IMG/VR virus record: IMGVR_UViG_3300020183_000033
Span: 1-64,000 of that record
Reading direction: 5' to 3' (one strand)
Length of the DNA: 64,000 nucleotides
Source: a virus
How positions within the stretch are numbered: the first letter of the stretch is position 1; every line of letters begins with the position of its first letter. The notes under the pieces are model-generated. The model saw only the letters and a program-made list of their open reading frames with translations. It made no database searches and was not told where the DNA came from. Below are positions 56,730 through 64,000 of this stretch, in pieces. The position numbers and the translations under genes are program-made.

Positions 56730-59252
56730 GTGAACCATTATACCAATGTACAGGCTTGGGGTAACAAGCTATTCGTTCGTAAAGTAGAAAATGGAAGTCG
56801 GTTCAATGAAGAAGTAACTGACTTCCATCCTCCCATCTGGGTTCCTGCCAAATCTAAGACTTCCAATACTAAATTTAAAAATCTATCTGGTTATCCCGTA
56901 GAACAGTTCGACGCAGGTTCGATCAAAGAAACAAAAGAGTTTATCGAGTCAAACAAAGGCGTTGATAACTTCTCGGTCTACGGCGACATCCAACCTCCTT
57001 ACCAATACATTTCGCAGAACTATCCGTCTGATATTCATTGGGATCTCTCTAATATCGTGATCGCATATCTTGATATCGAGACGGAGTGTGAGAACGGCTT
57101 TCCTGATATCGCATCCGCTTCTGAAGTAGTCAACGCCATCGCGATTAAGTTCACGAACCAATCTAAACAGATTGTATTTGGATGCGGTGAATATAATCGT
57201 ATGAACACAGGAAACTTTGATTACGTAAAGTGTTCTTCGGAACATGAGTTACTAGAGAAGTTCATGAAAGTATGGCGCGACAACTGCCCAGATATTATTA
57301 CAGGCTGGAACGTTAAGTTCTTCGATATCCCTTACCTCACGAACCGCATCACGAAACTGTTCGGTGACACAAAGGCTTCTTATCTTTCACCTTGGCGTAT
57401 TCTAAAACCACGCGAAATTGAGATCATGGGAAGAACACAATCTACTTATGAAATCTTCGGCATCTCAGTTCTTGATTACATTGACCTGTACAAGAAATTC
57501 ACCTACACAAATCAAGAGAGCTACAAGCTAGATCACATTGCTTCGGTTGAGCTTGGTGTAAAGAAGATTGATTATTCTGAATACGGTTCGCTTCATCTTC
57601 TTTACAAGAATGACTGGGAAAAGTTTATTGATTACAACGCTCATGACATTACTCTTGTAGAAGCGTTAGAAGATAAGATGAAGTTGATCGAGCTTGCGAT
57701 CACCATGGCTTATGACGCCAAGGTAAACTTTGATGACGTGTTCGGTCAGGTTCGTATGTGGGACGTTATCATCTACAACCATCTACTCAAGAAGGGTTAT
57801 GTTATTCCTTCTCGCAAAGAGTCAAAAAAGACTTCGATTGAAGGTGCGTTCGTTAAAGACCCGATGGTAGGTTTCCATAACTGGGTCGTGTCATTTGATT
57901 TAACATCTCTATATCCGATGTTAATTCAGCAGTACAATATCTCGCCTGAGTGTTTAGTAGAAAATAGTTTTAAAAACTTGGATATCAACAAACTAGTTGA
58001 GAAGAAGCTAGATACTTCTTGGGCTAAAAATCAAAACGTTTGTGTTACAGCAAACGGTCATATGTTTGATCGTACTGCGAGAGGATTTTTACCTGAGTTG
58101 ATGGCATGGATGTTCGATCAACGTAAGGAATATAAAAAGAAGCAACTCTTTGTTGAAAAAGAATTAGAAGCTAAGAAACACGAGCTAAACGCAGTTGAAC
58201 TAAAGAAATACACAAACGAGATTTCAAAATACAAAAATCTGCAGATGGCGAAAAAGATTGCTTTAAACTCTGCGTATGGTGCTATGGGTAATCAATACTT
58301 CAGGTTTTTCGATTCAAGGTTGGCAGAAGCGATCACTGTTTCAGGACAGTTGTCAATTCGCTGGATTGAGAGGAAGTTAAATGAGTATTTCAATAAGTTG
58401 CTTGGCAGTAATCGCGATTACATTATTGCTGTTGATACAGATTCAGTCTATATTGACTTCGATCCGATCGTCACTAAATTTGTTAAAAACAAAAATAAGG
58501 AACAAACAATTAACCTGATCGATAAGATCTGCGAAGATCAAATCGGTCCTTACATTGACAAGTCATATGCTGAGCTTGCTGAGTATATGAATGCGTTTGA
58601 TAACAAGATGTCGATGAAAAGAGAATCAATCGCGGATCGTGGTATCTGGACTGCAAAAAAGCGTTACATTCTTCACGTTCATGACTCAGAAGGTGTTCGT
58701 TATTCTGAACCAAAGTTAAAGATCATGGGTATTGAAGCAGTGCGTTCTTCTACACCTGGGTCTTGTCGTTCTAAGATCAAAGACGCGCTAAAGATTATTA
58801 TGACAAAAGAAGAAGACGATTTGATTCAGTTCGTGTCTGCCTTTAAACAATCTTTCTTTAAAATGAAACCAGAAGAAATTTCTTTTCCAAGAACTGTTAA
58901 TGGGTTAGCGAACTATCGCGACAGAACTAACATTTACAAGAAGGCAACACCAATCCATGTTCGAGGATCCCTAATTTACAACCATCTTCTTAATAAGCTT
59001 GATCTGACCAATACATACTCTACCATTAACGAAGGCGAGAAGATTAAATTTATTTACCTTAAGAAGCCTAATGTTATTCAAGAAGACATTATTTCGTTTT
59101 CTTCTAATTTGCCTAAAGAGTTTATGTTAAACGAATCAATTGATTACGAGAAGCAATTTGAGAAAACATTTCTAGATCCTCTAACATTGATTTTGGGAGT
59201 TATAGGTTGGAACCATAAAAAGATATCAACGCTTGACTCTTTTTTCGTTTAA
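56730..59252 (+). CDS. gp43: Family B DNA polymerase
   Basis: DIET exonuclease motif, SFDLTSLYP, KIALNSAYG, DTDS. Confidence 0.97.
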   Translation: MNHYTNVQAWGNKLFVRKVENGSRFNEEVTDFHPPIWVPAKSKTSNTKFKNLSGYPVEQFDAGSIKETKEFIESNKGVDNFSVYGDIQPPYQYISQNYPSDIHWDLSNIVIAYLDIETECENGFPDIASASEVVNAIAIKFTNQSKQIVFGCGEYNRMNTGNFDYVKCSSEHELLEKFMKVWRDNCPDIITGWNVKFFDIPYLTNRITKLFGDTKASYLSPWRILKPREIEIMGRTQSTYEIFGISVLDYIDLYKKFTYTNQESYKLDHIASVELGVKKIDYSEYGSLHLLYKNDWEKFIDYNAHDITLVEALEDKMKLIELAITMAYDAKVNFDDVFGQVRMWDVIIYNHLLKKGYVIPSRKESKKTSIEGAFVKDPMVGFHNWVVSFDLTSLYPMLIQQYNISPECLVENSFKNLDINKLVEKKLDTSWAKNQNVCVTANGHMFDRTARGFLPELMAWMFDQRKEYKKKQLFVEKELEAKKHELNAVELKKYTNEISKYKNLQMAKKIALNSAYGAMGNQYFRFFDSRLAEAITVSGQLSIRWIERKLNEYFNKLLGSNRDYIIAVDTDSVYIDFDPIVTKFVKNKNKEQTINLIDKICEDQIGPYIDKSYAELAEYMNAFDNKMSMKRESIADRGIWTAKKRYILHVHDSEGVRYSEPKLKIMGIEAVRSSTPGSCRSKIKDALKIIMTKEEDDLIQFVSAFKQSFFKMKPEEISFPRTVNGLANYRDRTNIYKKATPIHVRGSLIYNHLLNKLDLTNTYSTINEGEKIKFIYLKKPNVIQEDIISFSSNLPKEFMLNESIDYEKQFEKTFLDPLTLILGVIGWNHKKISTLDSFFV

Positions 59253-59269
59253 TACAAGGAACTATTCAA

Positions 59270-59893
59270 TTGAAAGAAACAGAAGTATTACCGTCTCGAT
59301 ATAAGATCGCCAAATATTGGTTCAATCTAAAAAAGAACAACAACCCAATATACATAAAGTCAACAACCGATCTAGGAGAGCCGCAATGCTTTGCTTGCGG
59401 CTTCTATAACCCTAGATGGGAAAGAAAAGTAATTGAAGAATGGGAACAGAAGAACAAAAAAGAGTTCTCTGGTTGGCATGAAGATGATCCTAAATTTGAA
59501 TCATGGATGGAAAAGATATGGAGCAACACCAAGTTAGAAAGAGCGCATATCATAGCTTCTTCCGTAGAAGGTGATTGTAGTGTTGACAATTTAGTTCTTC
59601 TTTGTTCTGGTTGTCACTTAAATGCGCCAATGACAAACAACCCACAATACATGTATGATTACATCAACAACAAACCATACTTTACTTCTAGTAATCTAGA
59701 ACAATTTCAGAAGGATTTAAATGCTTCGCCCTATGGCGAGTCCATCATAGAGAAATTGACAAAATTAAAAACAGAAGAAGAAGAGCAAGAAATAGTGAAT
59801 AAGTTTATCGAAAAATTCAATGAATTGCAAGTAGGAAATCATTTTAGTCATGTTAGTAATTTTAGTTTGATTTGCGCACTAAACGAGTTATAA
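59270..59893 (+). CDS. HNH endonuclease
   Basis: CFAC, ERAHII, NLVLLCSGCH. Confidence 0.8.
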   Translation: MKETEVLPSRYKIAKYWFNLKKNNNPIYIKSTTDLGEPQCFACGFYNPRWERKVIEEWEQKNKKEFSGWHEDDPKFESWMEKIWSNTKLERAHIIASSVEGDCSVDNLVLLCSGCHLNAPMTNNPQYMYDYINNKPYFTSSNLEQFQKDLNASPYGESIIEKLTKLKTEEEEQEIVNKFIEKFNELQVGNHFSHVSNFSLICALNEL

Positions 59894-59909
59894 TATAGTA
59901 AGAGGATCC

Positions 59910-60815
59910 ATGTCACTTTTAGATAAAATTTTAAAGAATTCAACAATCAAGACTACTTCTACTCTCGGTGAGTCAAAGGTATTCACTAAGCAGGAAGAAG
60001 TTTCTACTCCGATTCCTGCGATAAACGTAGCAGTTTCAGGAAAACTTGATGGTGGATTTGTACCAGGAATTACAGTATTCGCTGGACCTTCAAAGCACTT
60101 TAAAACAGCCTTTGCCCTTCTCTTGGGAAAGGCATTTATGGAAAAATACCCAGACTCTGTGATGCTTTTCTATGACAATGAGTTCGGTGCACCGCAGCAG
60201 TATTTTGATAATTTCGGGATTGATACCTCGCGCGTAGCTCATACACCGATTACCAATATTGAAGAGTTAAAGTTTGATATCGCAAAGCAGTTAAACGACC
60301 TGTCCGAGAAGGAAAAGGTTATTATCGTTATTGACTCAGTTGGTAATCTTGCTTCAAAGAAAGAAGCACAAAACGCCTTAGAAGAGAACTCCGCTGCCGA
60401 TATGACTCGCGCAAAGGAGATGAAGTCTCTTTTCCGTATCGTGACTCCTCATATCAAGATGAAGAACATTCCTATGATTGTTATTAATCACACCTACAAG
60501 GAAATGGGTTTGTTCCCAAAAGATGTTGTTTCTGGTGGATGTGTTGTCGCTGGTACGATGATACAAACGCCAGAAGGATTGAAGGCAGTAGAAGAATTTA
60601 AAGTCGGTGATCGTGTAATTACTGTTGGTGGATCTAATCTTGTCACACATGTCTGGGACCCCACTACATTAGAAGAAGGAGAACCTGAGTGTTTCGAGAT
60701 CGAGTTCGAAGACGGTTACAAGGTAGTGTGTTCCGAACGTCATAAATTTTTGATTGATGGAGTTTGGGTGGAGGCCAAAGATCTCTTGATAGGTCAAGAA
60801 GCTTCTGTAGTATAG
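59910..60815 (+). CDS. uvsX: UvsX (RecA-like) N-fragment fused to split-intein N part
   Basis: AGPSKHFKT, IDSVGNL, MTRAK; after VVSGG the sequence CVVAGT...CSERHKF (intein blocks A/B, 60540-60812). Confidence 0.93.
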   Translation: MSLLDKILKNSTIKTTSTLGESKVFTKQEEVSTPIPAINVAVSGKLDGGFVPGITVFAGPSKHFKTAFALLLGKAFMEKYPDSVMLFYDNEFGAPQQYFDNFGIDTSRVAHTPITNIEELKFDIAKQLNDLSEKEKVIIVIDSVGNLASKKEAQNALEENSAADMTRAKEMKSLFRIVTPHIKMKNIPMIVINHTYKEMGLFPKDVVSGGCVVAGTMIQTPEGLKAVEEFKVGDRVITVGGSNLVTHVWDPTTLEEGEPECFEIEFEDGYKVVCSERHKFLIDGVWVEAKDLLIGQEASVV

Positions 60816-60876
60816 TATAGTCAAAAATCTGTTTTTTATATATCTATTATACTGTAGATAAAATAAGGAGCAGAAT

Positions 60877-61567
60877 ATGAACTATAAGAGAATATACGAA
60901 GAATTGATATTCAACGCAAAAAAATAGAGAAGTACAAGGTTATACAGAGAATCATCATATAATACCAAAGTGTATGGGCGGAGATGATTCTATGGATAAC
61001 CTTGTACGTTTAACAGCCAGAGAACATTATTTGGCGCATGAATTGTTATTTAAACATTATAAGACTACTAAATTGGCGCACGCTTGGTTTAGTATGTTGA
61101 GGCGTGATGCGAATCAAGAAAGGTTCTTTACTTCGAAACAATATGAAAAGGCTAGAATAGCACACTCAGAAGCCATGAAAGAAACCATGGGCGGTAGTAA
61201 TAATCGTTTTTTTGGTCGAAAACATACAGAAGAAACTAAAAGAAAAATCGGAGAAGCTAATTTAGGAGAAAAACGGAGCGCAGATCAAATTAAATTATGG
61301 GTCGAACGAGTCGCTAAAAAACCAAAAAGCATTGAGCATCGTGCTAAAATTAGTCGCCCTGGTTTTATCATGTTGAAGAATATAGAAACTGGCGAATGCA
61401 TTAGAGTTGACAAACAAGTTGCAATAGGCTATAATAGTAGTATATGGAAAAATCCAGCTTCAATAACACAAAAAAGAGAAGTTTGCGTTTATTGTGGTAA
61501 AGAATCGGTATCAGGAAATATAAAAAGGTGGCATAATGAAAATTGTAAACATAACCCCGATAGGTAA
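60877..61567 (+). CDS. Free-standing HNH homing endonuclease, frameshifted at an A7 run
   Basis: MNYKRIYEELIFNAK (RBS AAGGAG) joins NREVQGYTENHHIIPKCMGG...NLVRLTAREHYLAH only after a +1 shift; NUMOD3-like FFGRKHTEETKRKI. Confidence 0.8.
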
Positions 61568-62021
61568 GAAACAGGTATATGACTTATCAGTTGAAGCGGT
61601 CGAACATTACGTACTGGCTAATGGTGTAGTAACTCATAACACAGGTATCTATTACTCAGCTGACAACATCTATATCATTGGTCGTCAGCAGGATAAAGAC
61701 GGCAAGGAAGTTGTTGGATTTAACTTCATTATCAACGTAGAGAAGTCACGGTTCGTAAAAGAAAAGTCCAAGATCCCTGTTGAGTTCTCGTTGGAAGATG
61801 GCATCTCTAAGTATTCAGGTCTGCTTGATATGGCATTGGAATCTGGGTTTGTAACTAACCCAACTAAGGGATGGTATCAGTTCGGGGAGAACAAGTTCCG
61901 TGCTGATAACTTTGGTGAGCACGCAGAAGTTCTTCTCGCGTCTGATGAGTTCAAGCAATGGGTTATTGATAAATATTCACTGAATACCAGACTCTGGCAA
62001 GCAGAAGAGGAAGAAGAATAA
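61536..62021 (+). CDS. uvsX: Split-intein C part fused to UvsX C-fragment
   Basis: 35-aa MKIVNI...VYDLSV...YVLANGVVTHN, then TGIYYSADNIYIIGRQQ. Confidence 0.93.
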   Translation: MKIVNITPIGKKQVYDLSVEAVEHYVLANGVVTHNTGIYYSADNIYIIGRQQDKDGKEVVGFNFIINVEKSRFVKEKSKIPVEFSLEDGISKYSGLLDMALESGFVTNPTKGWYQFGENKFRADNFGEHAEVLLASDEFKQWVIDKYSLNTRLWQAEEEEE

Positions 62022-62392
62022 TGACAAAGAAGAAATCAGATAGCTATAATTTCGTGACGATGCCTGACCTAAAGTGCTCCTACTTTTTAGTAGAGAACAA
62101 GCAGAAGGGAAACGATGTCATCGCTCTTCTCCTTCGCCTTGAAGAAGGAAGACATAAAGGAATTATCGTCGAGATTTCTAAGTTTGAACTAGCTGAAAAT
62201 TCAAACAACTTGACTTTTAACTATGATGTAGTGTATAATCCATATGAGAAGATTCCAAACGTTAAAACAATTGAAACCTTTATCCGTAAAACTGTTGGTC
62301 GTATTATTACTAATGCACTTAGTTGTGTTCTTTTAAACGAGGGTTTTCCTGATGAAAATAGAATCTCTGATTCTGAAGTCGTTACTAGTTAA
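62021..62392 (+). CDS. Hypothetical protein (gp40-like position)
   Basis: Between uvsX and gp41; LTFNYDV. Confidence 0.55.
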   Translation: MTKKKSDSYNFVTMPDLKCSYFLVENKQKGNDVIALLLRLEEGRHKGIIVEISKFELAENSNNLTFNYDVVYNPYEKIPNVKTIETFIRKTVGRIITNALSCVLLNEGFPDENRISDSEVVTS

Positions 62393-63740
62393 CGAAAATT
62401 ATTGCCGTGCTGTATTACCATATCTAAAACCTGAGTATTTCACAGATTTTACTCAAAAAACGATCTTTAAAGCTATCAATGGATTCGTTAATAATTACAA
62501 CGAACAACCTACCATTGAAGCGTTGCGCGTTATTCTTTCTGAGTCTTCCCTAAAAGAAGAGGAGTCAGATTCTGCTCTAACTTCTCTTGATGATTATGTT
62601 GACGGAGAAGAAAACAATTTTAACTGGTTAATGGATAAAACTGAAGAGTTCTGTAAGGAACAGGCTATCCATAATGCTGTACTTGAGTCTATTCATATTA
62701 TTTCTGACAAAAAAGAGAAAAAAGATAAAGGTGTTATCCCTGAGCTATTGAAAGAAGCTCTCGCAATCTCTTTTGATCCTACCGTTGGTCACGATTTCAT
62801 GGAAGACTATGAAGCGCGATATGACTTCTATCATCGTAAAGAAGAACGTATTCCGTTTGATATCGAACAATTAAATCAGATCACAAAGGGTGGTCTGCCA
62901 CGCAAGACGCTCAACATTATCTTGGCGGGAACGGGAAGTGGAAAATCTCTTTCCATGTGTCACTTCGCTACAACAAATCTAACGCAGGGTAAGAACGTTT
63001 TGTACATCACGATGGAAATGGCAGAACAGAAGATCGCGGAACGTATTGACGCAAATATGTTGGATATCTCCCTAGAGAATCTGGCTCTTATTTCTAAGGA
63101 ACAATACACGAAGTTAATTACAAGCGCGAAGAAGCGCACGACAGGTAGGTTGATCGTGAAGGAATATCCGACTTCTTCTGCAAATGTAAATCACTTCCGT
63201 CATCTTCTGAATGAGTTGAACCTCAAGAAGAAGTTTGTTCCTGATATTATCTACATTGACTATTTGAATATCTGTTCTTCTTCTAGAATGAAGTTCTCAC
63301 CAAACGTGAACTCTTACACGATGATTAAATCTATTGCAGAAGAGATCCGTGGTCTAGCTGTTGAATTTGACGTTCCAATTATCAGTGCTACCCAGACGAA
63401 TAGAACAGGCTTTTCTTCTTCTGACGTTGAACTAACAGATACGTCTGAATCGTTTGGTTTGCCAGCAACGGCTGACTTTATGATTGCTCTTATCAACACA
63501 GAAGAGTTGGAAAAGATGTCTCAATTGTTAGTAAAGCAGCTAAAGAACAGATACAACGATGTATCCTCGAACAAGAAGTTCTGTGTTGGAATTGATCGTT
63601 CTAAGATGAGATTATATCAAGTTTCTGAAACCACAAGCGGATATGAAACATCTAATAATAGTGAGGACTTCTATACGGATGCGCCTGATTATGGTGGTCG
63701 GTCTACGTTAAAGGACAAGTTCAACAACTTTAAATTCTAG
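62352..63740 (+). CDS. gp41: Replicative helicase
   Basis: AGTGSGKS, IDYLNI, SATQTNR, SESFGLPATAD, QLKNRY. Confidence 0.96.
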   Translation: MKIESLILKSLLVNENYCRAVLPYLKPEYFTDFTQKTIFKAINGFVNNYNEQPTIEALRVILSESSLKEEESDSALTSLDDYVDGEENNFNWLMDKTEEFCKEQAIHNAVLESIHIISDKKEKKDKGVIPELLKEALAISFDPTVGHDFMEDYEARYDFYHRKEERIPFDIEQLNQITKGGLPRKTLNIILAGTGSGKSLSMCHFATTNLTQGKNVLYITMEMAEQKIAERIDANMLDISLENLALISKEQYTKLITSAKKRTTGRLIVKEYPTSSANVNHFRHLLNELNLKKKFVPDIIYIDYLNICSSSRMKFSPNVNSYTMIKSIAEEIRGLAVEFDVPIISATQTNRTGFSSSDVELTDTSESFGLPATADFMIALINTEELEKMSQLLVKQLKNRYNDVSSNKKFCVGIDRSKMRLYQVSETTSGYETSNNSEDFYTDAPDYGGRSTLKDKFNNFKF

Positions 63741-63749
63741 AGGATTGGT

Positions 63750-63986
63750 ATGAAAAGATTTAATGCATTTAGCATGCTAATTTGTACACTGTGTATTGGT
63801 GTAGTGTATTTGGTATCAACTGGTTTGGTTATTATTATTGGGACGATTTCTAATTTCTTTCTCTGGATAAACAGGAAGTTGGCGTTAACTCTTATCTGGG
63901 CTGAACGTGAATACCTTCGCGAAAAAGGCGTTGAGTACGACGAGGCGTATTACGAAAAAGCTATTGACTTTATCAAAAAGCTTTAG
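63750..63986 (+). CDS. Small membrane protein
   Basis: GAGG RBS, hydrophobic N-terminal half. Confidence 0.55.
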   Translation: MKRFNAFSMLICTLCIGVVYLVSTGLVIIIGTISNFFLWINRKLALTLIWAEREYLREKGVEYDEAYYEKAIDFIKKL

Positions 63987-64000
63987 AATAAAACTTGACA

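Noticed and set aside
56730-59252. Intein or intron in DNA polymerase
   Set aside because: Length and motif spacing are normal for gp43
60813-60927. Stop-codon reassignment (TAG readthrough) to join UvsX parts
   Set aside because: TAG ends normal genes here (fibre, gp19, phoH, gp41); no suppressor tRNA seen; the split intein explains the break

Overview
A 64-kb segment of a large T4-like (myovirus) bacteriophage genome in the standard genetic code. In order: the 3' end of a collagen-like fibre gene; an 8-gene glycosyltransferase/methyltransferase cluster; the packaging, tail and head block (gp16-gp23); an early accessory region with tRNAs; putative capsid-internal proteins; gp55/gp47/gp46; a minus-strand block (Clp-like ATPase, tmRNA, serine recombinase, RNA ligase/PNK, vWA protein); MoxR ATPase, PhoH, UvsY/UvsW, gp33/gp59/gp32; lysis-like genes; Hsp20, GH19 endolysin, gp43, UvsX and gp41. 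Main observations: (1) a GATG tetrapeptide that I found only in virion-type proteins, next to a glycosylation cluster, suggesting sequon-directed virion glycosylation; (2) a circularly permuted two-piece tmRNA under a late promoter, followed by a single-ring Clp ATPase with an IGF loop; (3) UvsX fractured by a split intein around a frameshifted HNH endonuclease; (4) a family of palindromic, IHF-box-like elements at early promoters; (5) a 52-bp GATG-coding fragment between 20-bp direct repeats in an HNH gene. All calls come from reading motifs by eye; no searches were run.
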